Assembly (NCBI GenBank): GCA_035623855.1
Contig: DASPSQ010000005.1
Location: 2,093-66,092, forward strand
From: Thermoplasmata archaeon
Lineage (GTDB): Archaea > Thermoplasmatota > Thermoplasmata > Lutacidiplasmatales > UBA184
DNA: 64,000 bases
Direction of reading: 5' to 3'
Shown: positions 10,126 through 20,445 of the stretch, one piece after another
Layout of the letters: every line of letters begins with the position of its first letter
Numbering within the stretch: the stretch's first letter is position 1
Position numbers and translations under genes: made by a program
Notes under the pieces: generated by a model
Seen by the model: the letters and a program-made list of their open reading frames with translations, nothing else
Database searches by the model: none
Told to the model about the DNA's origin: nothing

Positions 10126-10665
10126 GTGGCGGTCGAATCGAAACTCGGGGTGCGAATCGAACGCGACGCTCCCACCCGACTTCTTCCCTTTGAGAGATTC
10201 TTCCGAGGATTCCGCGACGTGCCCGCGATCCGGAAATTGTTCGGTCGGGAGGTGGACCATGTTCTGCGAAACCTCAAGGTGGAGTTTTTTTCGGCTCGAT
10301 TCGGATACATGGGGACGAGTGACGTCGATGGTCACCTGCTCGTGAGCACCCACCATCTGCACGACAGCGACTTTCGGACCCTCTACCTGGACGTGGTCCA
10401 CGAACTCTGTCACGTGGCCCAGTTCCGCAAGGGGAAACCGCTATTCTACCCGCGCTTGAACTACGTGGACGCTCCGTCCGAGATCGAGGCGTACCGGTTC
10501 ACGGTCCGGGAAGGTCGGCGAATCGCTATGACGGACCGACAGCTGATCGACTACCTCAAGGTAGAGTGGATCGACGACAAGGACCACCGCCGACTCGCGC
10601 GCCGCATGGGTCTCCTAGGAAAGGCTCGTCGCTCGCGCGCCCATCGGAGTCGCCTGCGCCGGTGA
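10126..10665 (+). CDS. Putative zincin-like metallopeptidase (HExxH)
   Basis: VVHELCHVAQ followed by PSEIEAY (candidate third ligand Glu). Confidence 0.6.
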   Translation: MAVESKLGVRIERDAPTRLLPFERFFRGFRDVPAIRKLFGREVDHVLRNLKVEFFSARFGYMGTSDVDGHLLVSTHHLHDSDFRTLYLDVVHELCHVAQFRKGKPLFYPRLNYVDAPSEIEAYRFTVREGRRIAMTDRQLIDYLKVEWIDDKDHRRLARRMGLLGKARRSRAHRSRLRR

Positions 10666-10716
10666 GTTTCCTCCGGTACAACCGCCCACACTCCGTCCGG
10701 TCGCGTGGGCTCTCCT

Positions 10717-11172
10717 CTATCCGGAACGGGATGCCGGAGAGGGGGGAGGGGGGATTTCCCCCGGGTTGGTTTCCTTCTCGAACTCGTGCTCCTCCCACAT
10801 GTCGTAGGCGATCGCCACCGCGGCCATCTGGGTGATGATGGCCAGGGCGAACACCACGTGGAAGAACAGGATCACTTGGAAAATCGAGAGTCCAAGGATC
10901 GTAAAGGTCGAACCGACGTTGAACTCCAGCAGCAGTCCGAGGAACACCATCAGGATCGAAAACGCGAGGGTGACTCCTGCGATCCGTTTGACACGTCCAG
11001 GAACTCGGGTCACGACGAGATGTGTTCGGTTGGAATACGCAATCCCGACGATCAAGAGTCCCAGGACGAGGTGCACGTAGGGCACGATGAACGGCGGGTT
11101 CGGCCAGAGCCCCAGGAGGATTTCGAGAACAACGACCCAGATTGCGCCGTACAACGCGCTCCAGAGTCTCAT
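10717..11172 (-). CDS. Hypothetical membrane protein (about 4 TM)
   Basis: Four hydrophobic segments with two intramembrane His residues; acidic tail AYDMWEEHEF. Confidence 0.7.
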   Translation of the reverse strand: MRLWSALYGAIWVVVLEILLGLWPNPPFIVPYVHLVLGLLIVGIAYSNRTHLVVTRVPGRVKRIAGVTLAFSILMVFLGLLLEFNVGSTFTILGLSIFQVILFFHVVFALAIITQMAAVAIAYDMWEEHEFEKETNPGEIPPPPSPASRSG

Positions 11173-11365
11173 TCGGATCGCTTCTCCCAGACCTCAGCCA
11201 GCCGGTGGTGCGGATTCTCAACAAACCACGTCCTCTCGAGCTATCTGGGATACGTCAATCGGAATCTACCGACCTGCGGAAGCGAGTCGCTCTTTGGACG
11301 TCGGGCGAGCCGGGCGGGCCTCGGACGACACCCGTATGGGGGCGGGCGGCTCTCGACCGCCGGCC

Positions 11366-12169
11366 ATGGAGCCGGTGGACGACGCCACTGCGCGGGAACT
11401 TGGGGAAACCCTGCCGGATGGGCCTCTGACCTTCGACTCTCGCTGCCTTCTCCTTCGCGGACTCGGAGACGCGTGGGTCGCGGGTCCGGTTCCCTCCTTC
11501 CGGGCAGCGATCATCCGGGATCGTTCCCAGCCCCGAGAACCTCGCGCATTTGGAGTGGATCCTCTCGAGATCTGGTCCATTCTCCGCGGGATCCAGGGCT
11601 GGGATTGTGTGAATTGCCCGACCGAGCTCGCAGGTCCATTGGCCGACGTACTCGGTCGCGAGATCTCACTCCCGACCAAACGGGTCGCGGACGTCTATCT
11701 CGTGCTCGAAGGACCGCCGGTGCGGTACGAACATCCTTGGGTGCGACGGCTCTCGGAGGACGACGTGGAACTGTTTGACGGCGCCCCCGAACCTCTCCGG
11801 CCCCTGGGGTACTCCTCCACTCTCGCTGCTCTCTCCGGAGGCATCGTGGCCGGGGCGGTGGCGGACAAGAAACTCCGGGGGATCGTCTCGATGACCGCTT
11901 CGTCGGAGACATACGCGAACCTCGCTGCCCATACCCTCGAGCCCTGGAGGCGCCAGGGCATCGGTACCGCCGCGACCTACCTCGTGGCCCGCGAGGCGCA
12001 GCTCCGGGGCCTCGACCCGGTGTGGAGTGCCGGGGAGGATAATCCCGCATCCTTGGGAGTCGCGCGGAAGCTCGGATTCCAGGAGGTCGGTCGAAGGGCG
12101 TACGTGGTAGTTCCCGGTCTTCAGAGAATCGGCGGGTTTCACCCTCCGTCGGACGCCAGGGATGCGTAG
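11366..12169 (+). CDS. GNAT family N-acetyltransferase
   Basis: HTLEPWRRQGIG motif A; NPASLGVARKLGF. Start uncertain (11336 or 11366). Confidence 0.75.
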   Translation: MEPVDDATARELGETLPDGPLTFDSRCLLLRGLGDAWVAGPVPSFRAAIIRDRSQPREPRAFGVDPLEIWSILRGIQGWDCVNCPTELAGPLADVLGREISLPTKRVADVYLVLEGPPVRYEHPWVRRLSEDDVELFDGAPEPLRPLGYSSTLAALSGGIVAGAVADKKLRGIVSMTASSETYANLAAHTLEPWRRQGIGTAATYLVAREAQLRGLDPVWSAGEDNPASLGVARKLGFQEVGRRAYVVVPGLQRIGGFHPPSDARDA

Positions 12170-12213
12170 TCTTCTGGACTCGCCCCGTTCCCAAGCAACG
12201 GGCGAGTCCGTCG

Positions 12214-12828
12214 TCACGCTCGGAACCCGTACAGTCCGAGTTCCGCACGGCGGACCGGAGCGGTGCCCCTTCGGCGGGCCCGCCATCGAAGGGCCGCGCA
12301 CAGTCCCCCACCGGGACCGTGATCGGCGATCGCGACTCCCCCCGGCGGAAGGCGGGGATCGAGCCGACGGAACTCCCCGCGCGTCTCATCGTCGTCGTGG
12401 GGAACATCGTACACGAGGAGATCGATCCGTTCAAGTTCCTCGGTGAGAAGCGGAAGTACGTTTCGCTTGTTCCCGATCCGCAGGTCCCATCGCCGTCGCA
12501 ACGGGGCGGGGACCGCCCACCCCGACGCCCGACCTGGAGGGAGGGACCAGGACGCTTGCGGTCGGCGATGCTTCGACCGGCTCGGCCGTTCGAGCTTGGG
12601 AAGGTCGATGGAATGGAGCGTCCTGCGATTGTTGCGTTCAAGGGCCTGCAGGAGGTACGCCGACGATACTCCGGAGGAAACGCCCACCTCGATCAGGTGG
12701 GCGGGTCGCAGAAGTCGAACGAGTGCGTAGAGTTCGAAGGGAGCGTCGATCTCCACGTACGATTCGCGGCCTTCGGATTCGTGCTCGCGGCGCAGGTGCG
12801 AAAAGAGCCGCCGCTCGTGCCGATTCAC
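12214..12828 (-). CDS. Class I SAM-dependent methyltransferase
   Basis: LYALVRLLRPAHLIEVGVSSGVSS (motif I), LHSIDLP, IDLLVYDVPH, LPPGGVAIADH. Confidence 0.75.
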   Translation of the reverse strand: MNRHERRLFSHLRREHESEGRESYVEIDAPFELYALVRLLRPAHLIEVGVSSGVSSAYLLQALERNNRRTLHSIDLPKLERPSRSKHRRPQASWSLPPGRASGWAVPAPLRRRWDLRIGNKRNVLPLLTEELERIDLLVYDVPHDDDETRGEFRRLDPRLPPGGVAIADHGPGGGLCAALRWRARRRGTAPVRRAELGLYGFRA

Positions 12829-12880
12829 GGGAACGTTCGGGGGCAGTCGTTATATCGAATTCTATTCATGTACCGTTACA

Positions 12881-13438
12881 ATGGTCGAACGCGGGCGACC
12901 CGGGCCGATGCCCGGGCGGATTCTCGGATTCTACGCGCTCTCCGTGATGGACGCAGAGGGACCACTCTACGGCTACATGCTCGCCGAGCGAGTCGCGGAT
13001 CGGACCGACGGGGCATGGCGCCCCGGAGCTGGAGCCATTTACCCGGCCCTCGAAGCGCTGACACGACGAAAACTGGCTCGGTCGACCTCGGAAGGTCGTC
13101 GACGTGTCTATCGCATTACCCCGGAGGGTCGGTCGGTCCTCCGAGAAGTCCGCAGGAACATGGCGTGGAGATTCCGCGGGGGACTGGACTTGAGTCGATT
13201 GTGGTCCGAGATTGCCGGCCTCGGGGACCCGGGGCGGTTCCTCATCGACAACGTGCGACACCGTCTCGACTCGGTGGTGAGCTACTTCGCCCGGAACGAC
13301 CGCATGAACCGGGAGACCCGAGCGTTGCGCGAGCAGTTCCGCGAAGAGCTCCGACTCGCCGAGATTCGGCTTCGGGCCGGGGAGACAGCTCGCCCCCGTC
13401 CTCGCGGCGGGCGGAACCGCAGGGGGGTGGGAGCGTGA
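12881..13438 (+). CDS. PadR family transcriptional regulator
   Basis: PLYGYML, WRPGAGAIYPALEAL, RRVYRITPEG. AT-rich TTATAT box near 12850. Confidence 0.88.
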   Translation: MVERGRPGPMPGRILGFYALSVMDAEGPLYGYMLAERVADRTDGAWRPGAGAIYPALEALTRRKLARSTSEGRRRVYRITPEGRSVLREVRRNMAWRFRGGLDLSRLWSEIAGLGDPGRFLIDNVRHRLDSVVSYFARNDRMNRETRALREQFREELRLAEIRLRAGETARPRPRGGRNRRGVGA

Positions 13439-14433
13439 ACGATGGGGTGGCGATCGAGACTCAGGACCTCTCGAAACGGTACGGTTCGACGACGAATGGT
13501 GTTCTCGCCCTCGACCGGGTGAATCTCTCCATCACGAAGGGCAGCGTCTTCGGCCTACTCGGACCAAACGGAGCCGGGAAGACCACGCTGATCAAAGTCC
13601 TGACCGGGATCAGCGACATCACCTCCGGGAATGCTAAGGTGGCGGGGTTTGACGTGCGCCGCGAGTCGCTCAAGGTACGCGCACGAATCGGATGGGTCGC
13701 GGCGGAGGTCATCCTCGACGACGACTTCAGCGCTTGGGAGAACCTCTGGCTCCAGGCCAAACTCCAGAACCTCACCGAATGGGAGGACCGAGCGCGGCAG
13801 CTCCTTCAGTACTTCTCGCTGCTCGACCGGAAGGACGAGCGCGTCAACCAGTACTCGACCGGCATGCGGAAGAAGCTCGAGATCGCGCTCGCCCTGCTTC
13901 ACCAGCCCGAGGTGATCTTCATGGACGAACCGACGATCGGGCTCGACGTCGGGACGCGCCGCATGCTCTGGGACATCGTCACCGGCGTCCACAAGGAGTT
14001 CGGGGTCACGGTGCTCCTCACGACGCACTACATCGAAGAGGCCGACGCACTCTGCGACCGGGTGGCCATCATCGACCAGGGTCGGATCATTGCCGAGGGA
14101 ACCCCCTCCGAGCTCAAAGCTCGTGTCAAAGCCGACCTCGTGCAGCTCGAAACCTCCGACGCATTCGATGTCAAGACCCTCCAGGCGATTGCCGGGGTCC
14201 AGGAGGTCCGCGCCCAAGGGAACGACTGGGTGATCCGCGTGGGATCCTCGGAAGAGTTCCTCCCCCGACTCCTTCGCACGATTCCGACGGAGCACATCCG
14301 GCGGATCAGCGTTGAAAAGCCAAGCCTCGAGATGGTCTTCCTGGACCTGACCGGGCGACGGATCGGCCAGGAGGAGGAGCCGATGCGGGACATCCGGAAG
14401 TTCTACATGCAGATGCGGAGGGCACGGCAATGA
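13435..14433 (+). CDS. ABC-2 type exporter ATP-binding protein (DrrA-like)
   Basis: Walker A GPNGAGKT, signature YSTGM, Walker B IFMDEPT, H-loop TTHY. GTG start overlaps the PadR stop (GTGA). Confidence 0.9.
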   Translation: MNDGVAIETQDLSKRYGSTTNGVLALDRVNLSITKGSVFGLLGPNGAGKTTLIKVLTGISDITSGNAKVAGFDVRRESLKVRARIGWVAAEVILDDDFSAWENLWLQAKLQNLTEWEDRARQLLQYFSLLDRKDERVNQYSTGMRKKLEIALALLHQPEVIFMDEPTIGLDVGTRRMLWDIVTGVHKEFGVTVLLTTHYIEEADALCDRVAIIDQGRIIAEGTPSELKARVKADLVQLETSDAFDVKTLQAIAGVQEVRAQGNDWVIRVGSSEEFLPRLLRTIPTEHIRRISVEKPSLEMVFLDLTGRRIGQEEEPMRDIRKFYMQMRRARQ

Positions 14434-15197
14434 GGAGTCAGTTTTGGGGCCTCTACGTGCGGGAAGTTCTCCGGACGTTCCGCAACCCGCTCGTCCTCTT
14501 GATCACGGTCGTGCAACCGTTCATGTGGCTCGCATTCTTCGGATCGAGCTTTGGCGCCGTGCCGAAGCAGGAGCTGGAGGCTCTGTTCGGCACGAGCAAC
14601 TACGTCCAGTTCCTGCTCCCGGGCGTGCTCTCGACGTCGATGCTCACCGTCGGGATGTTCGGGGCGATGAGCACGATTCAGGACAAGCGATTCGGATTCA
14701 TGAAGCGCATCTTGATCACCCCGACCTCGAAGGAGGTGATCTTCCTGTCGAAGGCGCTCGGCTCGGCCACGCGGGGACTCGTCCAGATCCCGGTCATGGT
14801 TGCGGCCGCGCTCGTGTTTGGCGTGCGGTTCGGGCTCAGTCCGCTCGAGTGGGCCGCATGGCTCCTCGCACTCCTCTGCCTCGCCATCGGGTTCTCAAGC
14901 GTCTTTCTCGCGGTGACCGCCTCGTCGACGGACTGGCAGACTCCGGGGGTCATCTCGAACTTCATCACGATGCCCTTGATGTTCGCGAGCAGCGCCCTCT
15001 TCTCGTCCTCCCAGTTCCCGTCGTGGATGCAGGCGATCGCGAAAGTCAATCCGGTCTCCTTCACGGCCCTCCTCGGCCGCAGTTTCGTGCTCGGGCGCGT
15101 GGTCGACTGGTCGTACCTCGGATACCTCGTGATCTTCGCGGTCGTGATGATCACGATCGGGTACTTCGTCTCCGCCCGGTGGCTCAAGGTGGAGTGA
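14430..15197 (+). CDS. ABC-2 type exporter permease (DrrB-like)
   Basis: QPFMWLAFFG, FLLPGV, PSWMQAIAKVNPVS; about 6 TM; ATGA overlap with the ATPase. Confidence 0.88.
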   Translation: MRSQFWGLYVREVLRTFRNPLVLLITVVQPFMWLAFFGSSFGAVPKQELEALFGTSNYVQFLLPGVLSTSMLTVGMFGAMSTIQDKRFGFMKRILITPTSKEVIFLSKALGSATRGLVQIPVMVAAALVFGVRFGLSPLEWAAWLLALLCLAIGFSSVFLAVTASSTDWQTPGVISNFITMPLMFASSALFSSSQFPSWMQAIAKVNPVSFTALLGRSFVLGRVVDWSYLGYLVIFAVVMITIGYFVSARWLKVE

Positions 15198-17598
15198 CGG
15201 GGGAGGCGGCGTCCACTCGGTAATCCCGTCCTTCCCACCGGCCCGCGAACGGCCAGTAGAAGGTGAACGTCCAGCTGCGGTCGACCGAGCCGAGGGGGGC
15301 CAGGTCCGCGTAGTGGAGCCCGATCCCGGTCTCGATCGAATCGAGATCGGACGTCGTCCCCCACGCGTCGTCGCTCGCGTGGAGTCGGAACGGCTGGCTC
15401 GCAATCACGCGCAGGGCCGCCTCCGGATCGACCACGCTGGGTTGTCGGGCGAACGTCCAGACCTCCCGAGCCGGCCGGTGGATCCGGCTTTCCCGGTAGC
15501 GCTCAGCGACCTCTGGGATCAGGTCGAAGACCTTTCGGTCCGCAGCCGATCTCAGGAGAGAAACGTACTCGGCGTGGGCCCAGAGGAGGGGCATGGCGGC
15601 CTCGGTCGGCCGACCGATCTCGAGGTGGATGGACGGCCGGTCGAGGGAGTCCCAGACCTGCTCGGACAGGAGTCCCGTCGAGGTCGCGAACCGCTCCATC
15701 GCCCGCAGATACGGGCCCGGGTCGTTCCCGAGCGCGAGCTCGTAGTGGCCCCGCTCGCCGGTGAGGAGCGGCCAGAGCCGGCCGATCCCCCAGTCCGCAT
15801 ACGGCCCGCCGTCCTCGCGCTCGCCGTAGCCATCGTGATTGTAGCGGTACCAGGCGGGGCCGAACGGCGTGTCGACGCGCAGGACCCGATCGACCACGTC
15901 GACGGAGTCGACGATGACCGTGTCGTTCGGACGACGGATCCCGAATCGAACGAGGTCGAGAAACCCGCTATCCACGATTTCGGAAGCAGGGAAGGTCGCC
16001 GAGGCGCCGGGAGGGACGTTCGGTAGCCGGACCCAGCCGAGGTCCGGCCCCTCGTCCGGGGTCGGATCGTCCACCGCCGCCGGTCGGACCCGGACGTAAT
16101 GGCGGGTGGTTCCCGGAACGAGGGTTCCCCGCTCGGTCACGGTCCAACGCTCGACGTGCGACTCGAGGAAGTCCGCGTACTCCTGGATGAAGTTCGCAGT
16201 ACGCGAATCGGAATGAAGTCGCGTAATGTGGGCCGCCGCCGTGAGCGCCGCGATGCTGGCCGCGAGCGTGGAGGGCGAGAACCCTCCGACCTCCTCCCAG
16301 CGGTCCTCCTGGGTCACGGGTCCGCGCTCGATGAGGAATCGCGCGGCACGCCGCACCATGGGAAACGGGTCGAACCCATCGAGCGCGCCGGCATGCCACA
16401 GGTGCCAGGAGAGCAGGATCGGCAATGCCACCTCGTCCAGTTGGACCCCCTGCCAGTACGGCGTACCGTCGACCCAGAAGTTCTGAGGAAATCCCCCGTC
16501 CGCGCGCTGACGGGTCGCGAGATAGACCAGAGCGCGTCGCGCCGGGTCCGGGTGCCCCGAGGCCAAGAGGGCGAGAGCCGAATGGACCATGTCCCGGGTC
16601 CAGACGAGATGGTATCCTCCGCGTTCCTCGTCCGACTTCGCCGCCCCCCACGGGATCGAGAGCGAGGCGATGAATGCGCCCGGAAAGATCTTGTCCTCGT
16701 GGGCGAGGAGGATCGACCGGCTGCCGCGGTAGAGCCGACCGCCGTCGTGCGAGTTCGCGCCGAGCGGGAGCTCGCTCGTCACAGGGCGGTTCCACTGGTC
16801 GACGAAGCGCCGGCGGTGGTTCTCGAACGGGGTGCTCAACGATTGGAACAACGAGGTCACCGCCGCGGCGACCGATTCGCCGAACGCGAGTCCGAGGGTA
16901 AACTGGGTCCGGCGGTGGACGGGTAACTCCCCGACGAGGGCGACGTTCCCATTCGGAGCCTGGTCAAACTCCCAGGTGAGCGCCCGATGCTGCGAGAGAT
17001 CCGTCCACGCGTCACTCGCCCCGACGTACCCCACCGACGCGCGGAGGAACGGCACGCTGGCCCCCAGCGCCACCGCGACCCCGTTCCGTTCCGCGGCCAG
17101 GATCGGCTGGCCCAGTACTTCGTACACCGCAGCGTTGTTCCCCCAGCCGCCACCATCGAGGTGGGGTGCGGCGAGCGCGAACAGCCGCAACTCCCGCTCG
17201 GGCCTGGTCCGCCGGAGCTCGAACCGGGTGTTCAATAGAAGGCAGGGAAGGTGCGGGTCCGAGAGGACGGTCTTGTGGATGCGGTACCGTCCCTCGGGAT
17301 CATCGCTCGTCACCTGATAGACGAGCGCGTGGTCCGTCGGCCGTTCCGTCACCGGAAGGAGGTGGCGCTTCTCCTCGTGGAAGAACGTCGCCCCATCCGT
17401 GACAAGGTACTCGAGGTCCCGGAGCTGAGGTCGGTCGATCCGAGGGTAATACGCCTCGGTGACGATCCCTCGCCACAGGGTATACCAGAGGCGCGAATCC
17501 GCCGAGTACGCGGTCCCCACCCCGTCCTTGTTACTGTGGGACCAGCGAGGCTCGATTCCCGGGCCGCCGAACGCGACACGGTCGCCGCGAGTATCCAT
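15184..17598 (-). CDS. Glucoamylase/glucodextranase, GH15
   Basis: GGYHLVWTRD, QLDEVA, QEDRWEE (catalytic acid region), RYNHDGYGE, GRLWPLLTGERGHYE, LSEQVWD, PLLWAHAEY. Confidence 0.9.
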   Translation of the reverse strand: MDTRGDRVAFGGPGIEPRWSHSNKDGVGTAYSADSRLWYTLWRGIVTEAYYPRIDRPQLRDLEYLVTDGATFFHEEKRHLLPVTERPTDHALVYQVTSDDPEGRYRIHKTVLSDPHLPCLLLNTRFELRRTRPERELRLFALAAPHLDGGGWGNNAAVYEVLGQPILAAERNGVAVALGASVPFLRASVGYVGASDAWTDLSQHRALTWEFDQAPNGNVALVGELPVHRRTQFTLGLAFGESVAAAVTSLFQSLSTPFENHRRRFVDQWNRPVTSELPLGANSHDGGRLYRGSRSILLAHEDKIFPGAFIASLSIPWGAAKSDEERGGYHLVWTRDMVHSALALLASGHPDPARRALVYLATRQRADGGFPQNFWVDGTPYWQGVQLDEVALPILLSWHLWHAGALDGFDPFPMVRRAARFLIERGPVTQEDRWEEVGGFSPSTLAASIAALTAAAHITRLHSDSRTANFIQEYADFLESHVERWTVTERGTLVPGTTRHYVRVRPAAVDDPTPDEGPDLGWVRLPNVPPGASATFPASEIVDSGFLDLVRFGIRRPNDTVIVDSVDVVDRVLRVDTPFGPAWYRYNHDGYGEREDGGPYADWGIGRLWPLLTGERGHYELALGNDPGPYLRAMERFATSTGLLSEQVWDSLDRPSIHLEIGRPTEAAMPLLWAHAEYVSLLRSAADRKVFDLIPEVAERYRESRIHRPAREVWTFARQPSVVDPEAALRVIASQPFRLHASDDAWGTTSDLDSIETGIGLHYADLAPLGSVDRSWTFTFYWPFAGRWEGRDYRVDAASPVTPP

Positions 17599-17713
17599 CG
17601 TTCTTGGGCCTCCGCGCGATCCAGTGGATGGGAATCCAAGCTTGAGGTTTCTCGGTGGGAGTTCCACCCCAAACGTCCGCCGTGCTTTTCTCGCTCTCCG
17701 ATTGTCGGTTCGC

Positions 17714-18568
17714 GTGGACCTAGTCCTCTTCGCGGTGCTCGTGGTCCTGACCGGCATCGCCGCGGGCCTCGTCGGCTCGCTGACCGGTCTCGGGGGAGCG
17801 GTGGTCGTGATCCCGGTCCTGGTCATCGCGTTCGCCGTTCCGTTTCCCTACGCCGTGGGGACCGGCTTCCTCACGATCCTCGCGACGTCATCAACCACGG
17901 GCGCCGCGTACATCCGGGACCACCTAAGCGACCTGAGAATCGGAATGTTCCTTGAGATCGCGACCGTTCCGGGCGCGCTCCTCGGAGCCACCTTCACCGT
18001 ATTTCTCGTCCACGCGAATCTGTCGAACGCCCTCCTGATCGCCCTCGGGGCGATCCTGCTGGCGATCGTCCCCGGCACGTACGCCCGGCGGCACGTCGAG
18101 CTTCCGACCGGCGTCGTTCCCGACGCCCGATCGAAGCGCCTGGCCCTCGCCGGGGAGTACCACGATCTTGCGCTCGAGCGGGACGTCCGCTACGAGGCCG
18201 GCCGAACCCGTCCCGCGCTCGGGGTCATGTTCGGTGCGGGGGTGACCTCGGGGATGTTCGGGATCGGCGCGGGGGTGTTCAAGGTCCTGGCGCTCGAGCG
18301 GTATCTCGGCCTCCCGATGAAGGTCTCCACCGCGACGAGCAATTTCATGATGGGCGTCACGGCGGCAGCGGGAGCCGGTATCCTGCTCTCCGCCGGCTAC
18401 GTTAACCCGATCATCGGTGCTCCGGCCGCTCTCGGAACGGCCGCGGGCGCGTACATCGGGAGTAAGGTCCTGCCGGGCCTTCGCAACCAGACGGTGCGGT
18501 GGCTGTTCCTCCCGGTGATGATCGCCCTGGCGCTCGAAATCATCCTGCGCGGGTTGGGGCTTGCATGA
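17714..18568 (+). CDS. Sulfite exporter TauE/SafE family membrane protein
   Basis: GSLTGLGGAVVVIP and SGMFGIGAGVFKV repeats; PMKVSTATSNFMMGVTA. Confidence 0.85.
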   Translation: MDLVLFAVLVVLTGIAAGLVGSLTGLGGAVVVIPVLVIAFAVPFPYAVGTGFLTILATSSTTGAAYIRDHLSDLRIGMFLEIATVPGALLGATFTVFLVHANLSNALLIALGAILLAIVPGTYARRHVELPTGVVPDARSKRLALAGEYHDLALERDVRYEAGRTRPALGVMFGAGVTSGMFGIGAGVFKVLALERYLGLPMKVSTATSNFMMGVTAAAGAGILLSAGYVNPIIGAPAALGTAAGAYIGSKVLPGLRNQTVRWLFLPVMIALALEIILRGLGLA

Positions 18569-18990
18569 CCGCATCTTCGGCCCAGGGAACGACGGGCTCG
18601 GTTCCGCTCCGCCCCCTCCCGGTCGAGGCGTATCGGCGGATGTCGGTGGTCCTCCGGACGGGTCTCCTCGTTTCCCTCGTAATCCTCCTCGCGGGACTCA
18701 TCGCCTACCTCGTCGAACACGGCCTCGAGCCGTTCGGGACCGCGGTCTCGACCAATCCCATCCTGAACTACCTCTCCCTGGACGGTCTCGCCTCGGGGCT
18801 CGCCCACGGCGCGGTCGAGGCGTATCTGACCCTCGGCCTCCTCGTGCTCGTCGCGACGCCGATCTTGCGCGTCGCATCGGGATGGTACTATTTCCAGCGG
18901 GGCCGGGAGCGCTCGATGGCCGGGATCACGCTTACGGTGCTGGTTCTGCTCCTGGTCGGGATCCTTGTCCTGGGACCGCTTGTCCGGTGA
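18565..18990 (+). CDS. DUF1634-like membrane protein (usual TauE partner)
   Basis: LRTGLLVS...GLLVLVATPILRV; ATGA overlap with the TauE gene. Confidence 0.75.
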   Translation: MTASSAQGTTGSVPLRPLPVEAYRRMSVVLRTGLLVSLVILLAGLIAYLVEHGLEPFGTAVSTNPILNYLSLDGLASGLAHGAVEAYLTLGLLVLVATPILRVASGWYYFQRGRERSMAGITLTVLVLLLVGILVLGPLVR

Positions 18991-19003
18991 CCCCGACCGG
19001 CGA

Positions 19004-20380
19004 TCACGTCGTCGAGCCAAGGGCCCGCAGCGCATCCTTCACCGCGGAGAGGCCGGTCTCCGCGAGCGCCCGCGCGCGGGCCGGGTCCTTGGACTCGGCG
19101 AAGACACGGAAGATCGGCTCGGTCCCGGAAGGACGCAACAAGACCCAGCCGCCATCGCGGTAGGCCTTCACGCCGTCGATCGTGACGATGCGGTCCGACT
19201 CCTTCGCGAACGCTTGGGTCACATGCGCCAAGACCTTCTCCCGCAGTTCCACCGGGCAGGCGACCTTCTCCTTGACCAGCGTGTACCGCGGGAGCTGGGC
19301 CAGAAGGTCGCCGAGCGCGGCCCCGTGGCGTGCGAGGAGGTCGAGGACTGCGGCGGCCGACATCGCCCCGTCGCGCGCGAGCTGATGCGCCGGGTAGATC
19401 AGTCCTCCGTTCTCCTCTCCTCCGAAGACCGCGCGACGCACCTGCATCTCGCGGGTCACGCTCGGCGAGCCGATCCGCGTGTAGACGACCTCTCCGCCGA
19501 GCGGGCGGACCGCGTCCTCGACAGACTGGGAAGTGGAGACGGGAGTGACCACCACGCCCCCGTGCGCGCGTTCGACCGCGTCTCGGGCCATCAGCGTCAG
19601 GATTTCCTCCCCGGGCACGTACCGGCCCGATCGATCGACGAAGACCGCGCGATCGGCATCGCCGTCGTGGGCGATCCCCAGATCGGCCCCGAGAGCCGGG
19701 ACCGCATGCGCGAGATCGCCGAGGTTCGCGGGGGTCGGTTCCGACAGGTGACCCGGAAAGGTCCCGTCCGCCTGGGCGTTCAACGTGATGACGCGACAAC
19801 CAAGCCGACGGAGAAGCATCGGACTCGTACCGCACGACGCGCCGTTGCCGCAGTCCAGGACCACGGTCGGGTGCCGCGCCGAGATCGCGGCGGCATCGAC
19901 CTGTCCGAGGATCGCCGTGACGTACTGGTGGGCTCCGGTGAGGTCGCAAGTGATCTCGCCGATCCTCGAGTACGGAAATCCCGAGGTGACCTCCCGATCG
20001 ACTCCGCGCTCGATCCCCTCCTCGAACGATCGGTCGACCTCGAGCCCGTCGGGGGCGATGCACTTGATGCCGTTGAACTCCGGTGGGTTGTGGGACGCCG
20101 TGATCACGACGCCCAGCTGCGCATGGAGACGGGGTACGAGGAACTGGATCGCCGGGGTTGGGAGTAAGCCGACCTCGACGACCCTGTGACCGCCCATCGC
20201 GAGGGTCCCGCTCGCGATGCGGGCGAACCCCGGGCTCGATGTCCGACTGTCCCAGCCGACGACAATCGGGGGTCCCGGCGCAACCATCGCTCCGATCGCG
20301 CCGACGACTCGGGTCACGAACGGCGCAGTCATCGTCTCGCCGACGACTTCCCGGATCCCGTTCGTTCCGAACAGTCGCAC
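19004..20380 (-). CDS. glmM: Phosphoglucosamine mutase/phosphomannomutase
   Basis: RLFGTNGIR, ITASHNP (phospho-Ser), HDGDADR (metal loop), GGEENGG, RPSGTEP. Confidence 0.9.
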   Translation of the reverse strand: MRLFGTNGIREVVGETMTAPFVTRVVGAIGAMVAPGPPIVVGWDSRTSSPGFARIASGTLAMGGHRVVEVGLLPTPAIQFLVPRLHAQLGVVITASHNPPEFNGIKCIAPDGLEVDRSFEEGIERGVDREVTSGFPYSRIGEITCDLTGAHQYVTAILGQVDAAAISARHPTVVLDCGNGASCGTSPMLLRRLGCRVITLNAQADGTFPGHLSEPTPANLGDLAHAVPALGADLGIAHDGDADRAVFVDRSGRYVPGEEILTLMARDAVERAHGGVVVTPVSTSQSVEDAVRPLGGEVVYTRIGSPSVTREMQVRRAVFGGEENGGLIYPAHQLARDGAMSAAAVLDLLARHGAALGDLLAQLPRYTLVKEKVACPVELREKVLAHVTQAFAKESDRIVTIDGVKAYRDGGWVLLRPSGTEPIFRVFAESKDPARARALAETGLSAVKDALRALGSTT

Positions 20381-20445
20381 GGTGCTCCCTCCGCGGGCCG
20401 AAGGGGGGCACCGGTATAAGAGGGACGGGCCACGGTCGAGCGTAA

